This document shows, piece after piece, positions 10,288 to 17,730 of a stretch of 64,000 nucleotides of DNA (within the stretch, counting starts at the first letter, position 1; every line of letters begins with the position of its first letter). The notes below the pieces were generated by a model that was not told the origin of the DNA, made no database searches, and was given only the letters and a program-made list of their open reading frames with translations. Both the position numbers and the translations under genes were made by a program. This DNA comes from an uncultured delta proteobacterium (GTDB lineage: Bacteria; Desulfobacterota; Binatia; Binatales; Binataceae), in the NCBI GenBank assembly GCA_963711565.1, contig CAVQEQ010000001.1, forward strand, positions 160,001-224,000, in the 5' to 3' direction.

Positions 10288-10446
10288 TCAGGTTGCGGGT
10301 TTCTTCTTCTTCAATCGATCAGCACGCCAGCGTGCCTCTTCAATTTCTACTTCCTTTTTCGGCACCGCGACGAGTCCGCGAATGAGAAGTTTGAATCGGT
10401 TGAACGGACTACCTCGTTCCAACTTGGTCTGTTCTCTCGTTTTCAC
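10288..10446 (-). CDS. 52-aa basic protein MKTREQTKLERGSPFNRFKLLIRGLVAVPKKEVEIEEARWRADRLKKKKPAT (below ORF-track cutoff)
   Basis: Read by hand; GTG start overlaps the upstream stop (GTGA); converges on the transposase. Confidence 0.6.
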   Translation of the reverse strand: MKTREQTKLERGSPFNRFKLLIRGLVAVPKKEVEIEEARWRADRLKKKKPAT

Positions 10447-10895
10447 GATTCCCAATCCTGACGATGCCGTTTCATTACGCGATCAACCTTGCCATATGTC
10501 TCTTCCAGCACTTCAAGATGAGCATGCTCAATATCGGAGAGATTGCCCAATTTACTGGACCACTTACCGTCCCGAAGCTGGCGCGCGACGTGGGAAGCGC
10601 CCTCGTTATCTGCATAGATCGCGATTTTCTCAAATCCTACTTCGTATGTACGATCATCGGTTTCTTCATAGCCGTGTCGCCGGAATATTTCTGCCCATTG
10701 GTCCGGCAAATCATCGTCGCCGACTCCAGGCGGCCAATAGTATCCCTCGACTACTGCGCCGGACACCCACTTTCGACCGATATCACCAACCGCCCATGAC
10801 ACGCAATTGTATTTGGGTGTTGCGCAACTTGTGATCGTATAGTCCGACAGCGTCAGACTAGGGAACTCTTCCTGAATATCGTCGTGAGCTTTCAA
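10443..10895 (-). CDS. Putative papain-like Cys/His enzyme (resembles DUF7689 from memory)
   Basis: YNC(31)...YWPPG...EKIAIY...H(102)VARQL...WSSKLG...DIEH; TTGA overlap with the upstream gene. Confidence 0.7.
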   Translation of the reverse strand: MKAHDDIQEEFPSLTLSDYTITSCATPKYNCVSWAVGDIGRKWVSGAVVEGYYWPPGVGDDDLPDQWAEIFRRHGYEETDDRTYEVGFEKIAIYADNEGASHVARQLRDGKWSSKLGNLSDIEHAHLEVLEETYGKVDRVMKRHRQDWES

Positions 10896-11398
10896 GGTAA
10901 AAAGTTATTTGCCTTGCCCCACGCGATCCACGCGTTCACTGCTTCATCAAATGATGCGGCTTTGGGAGCTTGGTCTTTACCTGTTATTGCGGCGAGCGCC
11001 CACATCCAGTCATCTGGTCTCTCAGACATTTCTGTAAGAATCAAAGTTATAGCGGCGCGACCCATGCCAATAATCTGTTGATAGGCGGGATGAGTTACCT
11101 TTCGTCTCAAGACAGAAATGGCTTTTGTTTCTTTGCGCCATTGTTGAGAAAGCCTGCGAAACTTCGATTCTATTGTCTCCGCTGGAGCGAAATGTTCTGG
11201 CAGATAAACAATTGCATAGCCGCGCACATCAGGATGGAATGCACGATAGGAAAAGGCCGCCGCTTGATATCTACAAGAAAGTGGTTCATAAGCTGTCTTA
11301 GAACCTATGACCTCAGCCTCTAACTCCATTGCCTGTGGTGTTTGAATGCACCACTCGCGTTTAAGAAGAGCAAGGCGTTTGACCGTCTCTGGTTCCAT
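10892..11398 (-). CDS. Uncharacterised protein with a helical C-terminal domain (HPAYQQIIGMG...WALAAITG)
   Basis: ATG at 11398, 2 nt after the upstream stop (alternative start 11425). Confidence 0.75.
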   Translation of the reverse strand: MEPETVKRLALLKREWCIQTPQAMELEAEVIGSKTAYEPLSCRYQAAAFSYRAFHPDVRGYAIVYLPEHFAPAETIESKFRRLSQQWRKETKAISVLRRKVTHPAYQQIIGMGRAAITLILTEMSERPDDWMWALAAITGKDQAPKAASFDEAVNAWIAWGKANNFLP

Positions 11399-11400
11399 CT

Positions 11401-12057
11401 TTAGGACAGATCCTTTATGTTCCACCGTTGGAACAGTCGTCGCAACGTAACAGCCTTGTCTTGTGCCCGATTCAATATGTCTTGCAGGGTCGCTAGGTCA
11501 TCGTCATCGAGCGCAACATAAAAGTCTTTGTGCTGGCCATTTTCATGGCTACTTACTTTCAACATATGAAATATGACTGCTCCCATTGGTTCTTCTGAGG
11601 CGTCCGATTTGAAGGCATGACGAACATCCGTGAAAATGCGAGCGCCGCAGAAGACGTGGTCATGGTCGGTTTGAAGGGTAAGAGCCTTTGATTTGACACT
11701 CACTTCCTCCACATTAAGCAAATATCCTAACCTGCGTTTGAAAGCTTCATAGTCTTGTCCAAGGTGCAATGCCGGAATGTCAGTCCGATTCATCGCTTGG
11801 CAGACATCCTCCACAAATTTATCAATCGCAACATCGGCCGACGCGCGAATCAGATAAAGCGCCTTGACCAGTTCCGCGAACTGGCGAGCCTCCTCGTCTG
11901 TGAAAATTCCCTCCTTGGAAAGACGATCCGCTAACCCTGGCGAACGTAGGTCGGCGACTTCGCTGATGACTGAAACAACTCTCTCGACCACGCCTTCGTT
12001 AAGAGTACGTAGGCGCGCCAGCGCCTCGTTATACCGTTCTGGAATTTGTAAGGGCAC
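11401..12057 (-). CDS. Uncharacterised protein with COMM-domain-like architecture
   Basis: 218 aa; helical N-half, then ARIFTDVR / VIFHMLKVS / DFYVALD strands and a long C-terminal amphipathic helix; fold call is inference. Confidence 0.7.
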   Translation of the reverse strand: MPLQIPERYNEALARLRTLNEGVVERVVSVISEVADLRSPGLADRLSKEGIFTDEEARQFAELVKALYLIRASADVAIDKFVEDVCQAMNRTDIPALHLGQDYEAFKRRLGYLLNVEEVSVKSKALTLQTDHDHVFCGARIFTDVRHAFKSDASEEPMGAVIFHMLKVSSHENGQHKDFYVALDDDDLATLQDILNRAQDKAVTLRRLFQRWNIKDLS

Positions 12058-12386
12058 TTTTGTTTTTCTCAGCGGATTATAAATGCGTGGAGTAGTCCGG
12101 CTTTACTTCACCGCCGTCCGGCGGGATATAGGAGTACCATGCAAAAGTCAAGCCCTGCTTCCGCAGGTCCAGAATCGAGTGTTCCACAGCGTTTCACTAT
12201 TTGGAAGGGCCTAGCGGGAATAGGAGGGCGGGCTATTTTCGATCGTTGTTTGATCGCTTATTAGCGCGAGGCGGTTCTGAAAGTAGCGGGGCTTTCTGGA
12301 GCACGCGGCGCGTTGTATAGTATTTACATCATTGGGCCGGAGGTGCAGGTGGATGGATTTCATTCTGCTAGATCACAGTTAAATGA

Positions 12387-12551
12387 ACGGCCTTGGATGT
12401 TGGAGCACCCAAGGCCGTGGGCGGGAAACCGTAAAATTTTTGGCTTGAAAGCGACAGTCCCCGCCGGAGCAGGACCAGCGGTATTGACAATACCCCCGCT
12501 CTAAACCGTTTTCAAGCCTCCCTGTTCGTAGCCGGTTTTCTATGAAAACCG
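12387..12551 (+). ncRNA. Candidate structured RNA or 5' leader inside the IS cargo
   Basis: Stems at 12387-12418, 12421-12432 (GAAA loop), a 12-bp stem 12442-12453/12507-12518 enclosing two hairpins, and 12533-12551. Confidence 0.4.
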
Positions 12552-12572
12552 CGATGGTGAGGTACGCCTAAA

Positions 12573-12821
12573 ATGGCGCTTTACAAATATTCTCAATTTA
12601 TCGTGCAGAGCAACGACGAAGCATTCGATAGGCTTTACGATCCAGGTGCGATTACGCCGCATTCTGGTATCTATAAATGCAACGTCTGTCGATACGAAGT
12701 CGCGTCGATAGAGGGCAGACCGCTGCCGCCTCCAAGCGATTCGAATCATGCAGGGTGGGTTTGTACCCCCGGCAGCGTGAGGTGGCGGCTAGCCGTGTAC
12801 GCCGTCCACAAAAGGGGCTAA
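12573..12821 (+). CDS. Small YjzC-like/protein L-like zinc-ribbon protein
   Basis: PG...PHSGIYKCNVC...LPP...WRL pattern; GAGGT RBS. Confidence 0.75.
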   Translation: MALYKYSQFIVQSNDEAFDRLYDPGAITPHSGIYKCNVCRYEVASIEGRPLPPPSDSNHAGWVCTPGSVRWRLAVYAVHKRG

Positions 12822-13031
12822 AGGCTTCTCGCCAATAGTCAGGGCGGGCAGCACTTCCGGCACCGGCTGGCAGTGCTGCCACGCCAAGCCTGCGATCTGC
12901 GCAAGCGCGGTTGCTACGAATAGCAGCTTCTCTTGCGCAATATTCCGGTTCATAAACTCGATCACTTTCTCAACATCCTTGTCCAGTCGAATTTCCATCA
13001 TCCCATCCTCTTCAAATAAATGGCCTGTCAC
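12789..13031 (-). CDS. Hypothetical 80-aa protein
   Basis: GTG 8 nt downstream of a promoter anchored in the right IR; 33-bp convergent overlap with the previous ORF. Confidence 0.5.
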   Translation of the reverse strand: MTGHLFEEDGMMEIRLDKDVEKVIEFMNRNIAQEKLLFVATALAQIAGLAWQHCQPVPEVLPALTIGEKPLAPFVDGVHG

Positions 13032-13039
13032 GTGCTGGC

Positions 13040-13068
13040 AAAATAGCCCAATCTGTCAGGTGAGTCAA
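13040..13068 (-). promoter_or_regulatory. Putative inward sigma70 promoter, -35 inside the right IR
   Basis: TTGACT-17 bp-TATTTT on the minus strand. Confidence 0.5.
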
Positions 13069-13081
13069 GTATATTAATGCC

Positions 13082-13210
13082 CTAATTTGAAACTCGCTCG
13101 ACCAATTCGCCTGCCGTCCAAATGTGATCGCTGATTCCGTCCGCCATCGCGGGCGTCATGCGCAGCGTCTTGTGAATCCGTACCGGATTGTCATAGTCGA
13201 AATCATGGCG
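13082..13210 (-). pseudogene. C-terminal remnant of an IS1-like transposase
   Basis: Reads ...VRIHKTLRMTPAMADGISDHIWTAGELVERVSN*, matching the RIHxTLRxTPAMxAGxxDHxW tail of these transposases. Confidence 0.75.
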
Positions 13211-13426
13211 CAGAAGAGACGTATGCGCAAAATCGTGAGGGCAACGGTTCGCGTGTGGTCGTTTTACAAATGTGATAAGTGCGGCGGTCGTATCGAAGAA
13301 CGGGAAAGAGGAGAGCGAGCATCGTGGTCAGGGCGGCCAAATTCCGTCCCCATCTACATCTACCGTTGTCTTGATTGTGGGCATACGTTCAAGCAGCAGC
13401 AGATGCTGACGAAATTTTCAAATTAG
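13205..13426 (+). CDS. Small zinc-ribbon protein
   Basis: CDKCGG...YRCLDCGHTF; ATG at 13205 or 13223; stop lies inside the outer right IR. Confidence 0.55.
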   Translation: MAQKRRMRKIVRATVRVWSFYKCDKCGGRIEERERGERASWSGRPNSVPIYIYRCLDCGHTFKQQQMLTKFSN

Positions 13427-13457
13427 GACACTACCTCTCACCCTCAGAGCCTTGTCG

Positions 13458-14327
13458 ATGACGAGTACTCGTAACCGTGCGGTCGCCGCGGCGATGGGCG
13501 CTGCTGCAGCGCTTGGCCTGACAGTCGATGATGCGATCGTGCTCCAGGAGTCGAACAAGCTCGCTGTGCGCCTGCTGCCGTGCGACGTTCTTGCCCGGGT
13601 CGCGGAGGAGCACATCAAGCGCTGGGCGGAGTTCGAAGTCGAGCTTGCTTTACGGCTCGCGGAAACCGGGAGTCCCGTAGGAGCGCTTGAGCCTCGGGTC
13701 GCGCCGGGCGTCTACGTGCGTGACGGCTTTGTGGTCACGCTGTGGACCTACTACGAGCCTGTGCCGTCCCGAGAGTTCGCGCCGGCCGACTACGCCCACG
13801 CGCTCGAACGGCTGCATGACTGCATGCGGCAGATCGACTTCCCTACACCGCACTTTACGGATCGAATCACCGACGCCCAACGGCTTATCGGAAGCCGAGA
13901 CCAGACTCCAGAGCTCGTTGACGCGGACCGTGAACTTCTCAGCAACACGTTACGAAGTCTGCGGCAGGCGATCAGCGCTCGCGGGCGCCCCGAACAACTC
14001 CTGCACGGCGAGCCACACCCGGGCAACGTGCTCAGGACGAACAAGGGCCTGGTGTTCATAGACCTCGAGACCTGTTGCCGCGGGCCCGTCGAGTTCGATC
14101 TCGCCTACGTGCCCGAAGAGGTGAGCGTGCTCTACCGGAGCACCGATCAACAGCTGCTCCGCGAATGCCGGGTCCTGATGCTTGCGATGGTCGCAGCATG
14201 GCGCTGGGATCGAAACGACCAATTCCCCAACGGGCGACAAGAAGCGCGAGAATTCGTCAGCGAGCTCCGGGCGGCACTGTCGGGCGCACCCTTCTCGACG
14301 CACTTGCCGCGCTGGACTGACACCTGA
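13458..14327 (+). CDS. Aminoglycoside phosphotransferase/kinase-like family protein
   Basis: LLHGEPHPGNV and FIDLE motifs, GPVEFDLA. Confidence 0.85.
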   Translation: MTSTRNRAVAAAMGAAAALGLTVDDAIVLQESNKLAVRLLPCDVLARVAEEHIKRWAEFEVELALRLAETGSPVGALEPRVAPGVYVRDGFVVTLWTYYEPVPSREFAPADYAHALERLHDCMRQIDFPTPHFTDRITDAQRLIGSRDQTPELVDADRELLSNTLRSLRQAISARGRPEQLLHGEPHPGNVLRTNKGLVFIDLETCCRGPVEFDLAYVPEEVSVLYRSTDQQLLRECRVLMLAMVAAWRWDRNDQFPNGRQEAREFVSELRAALSGAPFSTHLPRWTDT

Positions 14328-14416
14328 ATCGTGCTGAAACTTCCAGCCAGACCCCTAATTGCCGGTGAATTTCGACGCTCTGGCCTCGTCTATTGGTCAG
14401 GGCGACCCTGTCCGCC

Positions 14417-15130
14417 ATGGAGAGCGACGGTCTGATGCCTGAATGCGGCGACATAGCCTTGATGCTGGGACCTGCCGGGGACGGCGAACTGGAGCCGGGC
14501 GACCTGCGGCAAGTGGCGCATCATGTTGAGCGCTGCCCTTCCTGCACGGGCGAGCTTTCCGACTACTCCGCAATCGGCCACGAGCTGCGGGCGCTCGTGG
14601 TGATGCCCTCGCTCGAAGGCTTTACCAAATCGGTACTGGCGGCAATCGCAGCAATCGTCGTCGTCGCGATTTTCGCGCTCACGATCCACGACAACGTCAA
14701 CATCGTGAATGTTGCGCGATCCGTGCCCGACACCATCGCGAGCAGACCGCAAGCTCCATCGGCCGCGGTTGAGCCGGTCAGGGTGTTCGACGTGCGAGTG
14801 GATTCGGCTTTCGTCGCCGATACAGCGTTCGGCTCTTTCAGTCATACGAAGGGGTTGACGGAATCGGGCAAGATGCTCGTGTTCAAACTGCCGGACGGGA
14901 AGACTCTGCACGTCCAGCCGCGCGCGCTCAGCGGCGGCATGATCTCAATGGAGGTCGTGTTGTTCGACGGCGATCGGCCGACGATGACGGCCAACTTGAA
15001 ACTCGGCAGCGGCGACACTTTCGCGCTGAGCGGAGAGACTTACGGCGGAGCCACGCTTCTCATCCGGATCAGCCCGCGGATTAGCCCGATCACAGCGGCG
15101 ATCGCATCTCCGGGCCCGCCCTCGTCTTAG
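14417..15130 (+). CDS. zf-HC2 anti-sigma-factor-like membrane protein
   Basis: DGEL...HVERCPSC motif followed by a TM helix; start uncertain (14393/14417/14435). Confidence 0.7.
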   Translation: MESDGLMPECGDIALMLGPAGDGELEPGDLRQVAHHVERCPSCTGELSDYSAIGHELRALVVMPSLEGFTKSVLAAIAAIVVVAIFALTIHDNVNIVNVARSVPDTIASRPQAPSAAVEPVRVFDVRVDSAFVADTAFGSFSHTKGLTESGKMLVFKLPDGKTLHVQPRALSGGMISMEVVLFDGDRPTMTANLKLGSGDTFALSGETYGGATLLIRISPRISPITAAIASPGPPSS

Positions 15131-16764
15131 GGGGCCGAGAGCAAGCTCTTCCCGGCCAGTCGAGTGGTGGGTTCAACCCCGAGCAACTGCACGATGGTGG
15201 GAGTGAGGTCGGCGGACGAGCGAACGCCGCGATCTCCAGGCTCAAGGCCTGGCGCCGCGAGGTACGCTACTCCGTTGCTCGTGTGCCCGCCGGTCCTCCG
15301 GAGAGGGACAGGACCGATGAGCCCAAGGCGCGGATGCTGGAGGGCAGCGGCCACGTCGCGCCAGACGACAAGCAGATCCGAGTCGGAACTCGCCAGGGTC
15401 AGAGGGTTTGCGGCCGACGGCCTCTCGATCGAGGCGACCGCCGGCTCGCCGGTGCGAGGGTCGCGGCACTCGGCGAGAAGGGTCTCGACTGCGCGGCAGG
15501 TCTCCTCGTACTGCGATAGATCGACGATGCCATCACGCTCGCGGCCGCGCAGATTAATGCGGATGCGGCCGTCGCGGAACGAAGGTAACGCGAAGGCCGC
15601 CATTTGCGGCCAGTGGCGCCGGTACTGATACGACGGCATATAGCCAACATCTTGCACCAGCCTCTTCGGGGCTGGGTGGCGGGCGCGCCAGTCGGCAGCC
15701 GCGGACTGGACCCCTCTAAGCAAGTTCTTAACCGGTTCCGGCAGACGTTTGGCGATTGCGCGTAGATTGCCGACGGACTCAGACTCGTCGGGGGGAACCC
15801 ACGTCCAGCTCACCGAGCTCCACTCCAGATGCTCGTCGAGGATGGGCAACAGGTTCGGGGTAGCCGTCCATGCCGGAGGGAGCGCGAGCAGCGGGCGGCC
15901 GAAATTGTGGCGGTAGAGCAACTCGGGGAGCAGAACCATCGATTGGATATCGGAACTGTTCGGCCCCATCCCGCCCGTGTTGAACGCGATGACAGCAGCA
16001 TCGCCGGCGGCGTCAACGAGCTGCCCGACCATGCGGTCCAAACCCCGGTGGATCTCCAACAACGCAGCAGCGGCCGCCGCGGCCGAGGAATGCGTGTTGA
16101 GGGGATGACCGGGGTCGACGCCGTGCCATAGTCCCTCGACGGCACCGTGGAGCTCGCCAGCGACCGTGAAGAAGAAATACCACTGGGGGAACCGCTCGGC
16201 TGCCAACCATCGGGCCGCGCGGCCGCGCACATCCAGGGCCTGACTGAGAGCTTCTCCCATCAGCCGGGATCGCGACGCGGAGGGCCACGGTCCTCCATAT
16301 ATCCACTCGTCGGCGGGATAGTGACCGAACCGTCGCACGAACTCAGGCAGCAACGCCGCCGGCTGGGCGGCTCTGACGGTCCCGGAACCGTGCGAGCCCC
16401 ACGACACGATCCCTTCTGTGTTTCGGGCGTCGCAGAGATCTACGAATGGCACGTCGAACACCACTACCCGAAGGTCGGTGCTGTCCCACCACGGCGCGAA
16501 TTGGACGCCAACCTGGCACGCAGTGTAGCAAGCCGGATCGAACTCCACGGGGCTCCAGCGGCGTGCTTGTTCCGGCGAGAGCCCCGAGGTCACGTGCTCC
16601 CACGGGAGACCTGTGCGCCGGGCGGGCCCCTCGTCGAGGAGAAAACGGGCGGCGCGCTTTCTCAAGGCTGCCAGGGCTGGCATCTGACCCTCGGCCATGT
16701 ACCGTTCGGCCAAGGTGACTTCAAAGCCATCAAGGCCGATAGCCATCACCCTGTGACGCGCCAT
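15127..16764 (-). CDS. Alkaline phosphatase superfamily (type I phosphodiesterase/NPP-like) protein
   Basis: AIGLDG, IRINLRGRERDG, TGGH, DLTPTI; ATG at 16764 with AGGAGG. Confidence 0.8.
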   Translation of the reverse strand: MARHRVMAIGLDGFEVTLAERYMAEGQMPALAALRKRAARFLLDEGPARRTGLPWEHVTSGLSPEQARRWSPVEFDPACYTACQVGVQFAPWWDSTDLRVVVFDVPFVDLCDARNTEGIVSWGSHGSGTVRAAQPAALLPEFVRRFGHYPADEWIYGGPWPSASRSRLMGEALSQALDVRGRAARWLAAERFPQWYFFFTVAGELHGAVEGLWHGVDPGHPLNTHSSAAAAAAALLEIHRGLDRMVGQLVDAAGDAAVIAFNTGGMGPNSSDIQSMVLLPELLYRHNFGRPLLALPPAWTATPNLLPILDEHLEWSSVSWTWVPPDESESVGNLRAIAKRLPEPVKNLLRGVQSAAADWRARHPAPKRLVQDVGYMPSYQYRRHWPQMAAFALPSFRDGRIRINLRGRERDGIVDLSQYEETCRAVETLLAECRDPRTGEPAVASIERPSAANPLTLASSDSDLLVVWRDVAAALQHPRLGLIGPVPLRRTGGHTSNGVAYLAAPGLEPGDRGVRSSADLTPTIVQLLGVEPTTRLAGKSLLSAP

Positions 16765-16842
16765 CCCGGAACCTCCTTGCGGTTTTTCCGCCGCTACAAG
16801 ATCACATGACACGACCGTCTATCAAGGGGGTTGCCCAGCCAA

Positions 16843-17184
16843 TCACTTGCCGCCGGCGAACGAGCCGACAATCGCAATTGCGAGCGCGAAGGCGCCGATG
16901 AGGCACATCAACATGATCACCTGTGCGATGCCGTGCGCCGCGGTCTGCTGACTATCTGAAATCGGCTGCTCGACGTGCGCGGAATGGGCGCCCGAATGGT
17001 ATCCGCTATGCGACGTGTAGTAGATGCCGGTGCCGGGGATGCCGACGGTCCGGCGAATTCCCTTGCTGCCGACCGTGACGTGAGCGCCGCGCATCCCGAC
17101 CGTCAGACTCGGTCCCGACTTCGAAATGTTGACCGACAGCCCCGGAAATATCGAAACGCGCCGATAGAATCTGAAGTTGCCCAT
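16843..17184 (-). CDS. DUF4236 domain protein
   Basis: FRFYRRVSIFPGLSVNISKSG...GIPGTGIYY plus C-terminal TM. Confidence 0.85.
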   Translation of the reverse strand: MGNFRFYRRVSIFPGLSVNISKSGPSLTVGMRGAHVTVGSKGIRRTVGIPGTGIYYTSHSGYHSGAHSAHVEQPISDSQQTAAHGIAQVIMLMCLIGAFALAIAIVGSFAGGK

Positions 17185-17203
17185 CGCCCTCCCCCCGCTC
17201 CTC

Positions 17204-17668
17204 TTAAGGCCCGCCGCGGCGCGCGCGAAAAAATCCGCGCATCAGATCCGCGCACTCGGACTCCATCACGCCGCCGATCACTTCGAATCGATGGTTCAGC
17301 CTGCCGTCTCGGCCGATGTCGTAAACCGAGCCGAGCGCGCCGGCCTTGTCGTCGCGCGCGCCGTAAACGACTCGGACGACGCGCGCATTCAGCATCGCAC
17401 CGACGCACATCACGCACGGCTCGAGCGTCACGTAGATCGAGAGGGCCGGAAGCCGGTACGCCTTGAGCGTCGCGGCGGCCGCGCGGATTGCCAGGATTTC
17501 CGCATGCGCCGTAGGATCGGCGAGTCCTTTGGGGCGGTTATGTCCCGCGCCGACGATTTGCCCGTCCGCGACCGCGACCGCGCCGACCGGAACTTCGCCT
17601 TCCGCCTCTGCGCGACGGGCTTCGGCGATAGCCTCGGTCATAAACCGGACGTGTTGGGTAGCCGCCAT
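17204..17668 (-). CDS. tadA: tRNA adenosine(34) deaminase
   Basis: EVPVGA, DPTAHAE, TLEPCVMC, FFRARR. Confidence 0.93.
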   Translation of the reverse strand: MAATQHVRFMTEAIAEARRAEAEGEVPVGAVAVADGQIVGAGHNRPKGLADPTAHAEILAIRAAAATLKAYRLPALSIYVTLEPCVMCVGAMLNARVVRVVYGARDDKAGALGSVYDIGRDGRLNHRFEVIGGVMESECADLMRGFFRARRGGP

Positions 17669-17680
17669 TTACTTAGCAGA

Positions 17681-17709
17681 TTGACATTGGGAAGGCCTCG
17701 CACCAAGAT
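17681..17709 (+). promoter_or_regulatory. Putative sigma70 promoter
   Basis: TTGACA-17 bp-CAAGAT upstream of 17731. Confidence 0.4.
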
Positions 17710-17730
17710 CGGCGGATGGGGACTGGGGAC

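Larger units (their letters stand above)
9267..13081 (+). mobile_element. IS1595-family element with passenger genes (3,815 bp)
   Basis: Perfect 23-bp IRs GGCATTAATATACTTGACTCACC at 9267-9289 and 13059-13081; 8-bp direct repeat CTAATTTG at 9259-9266 and 13082-13089; intact transposase. Confidence 0.95.
9250..13435. mobile_element. Non-autonomous IS1-like remnant (363 bp when reconstituted), interrupted in its left IR by the IS1595 element
   Basis: Removing the IS1595 element and one TSD copy gives GGTAGTGTCCTAATTTGAAA (9250-9266 + 13090-13092), the exact inverse of TTTCAAATTAGGACACTACC (13416-13435); contains a transposase C-terminal remnant. Confidence 0.75.

Noticed and set aside
12139-12264. 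41-codon ORF with AGGAG SD inside the IS cargo
   Set aside because: No motif, and it lies in the likely divergent promoter region; insufficient support
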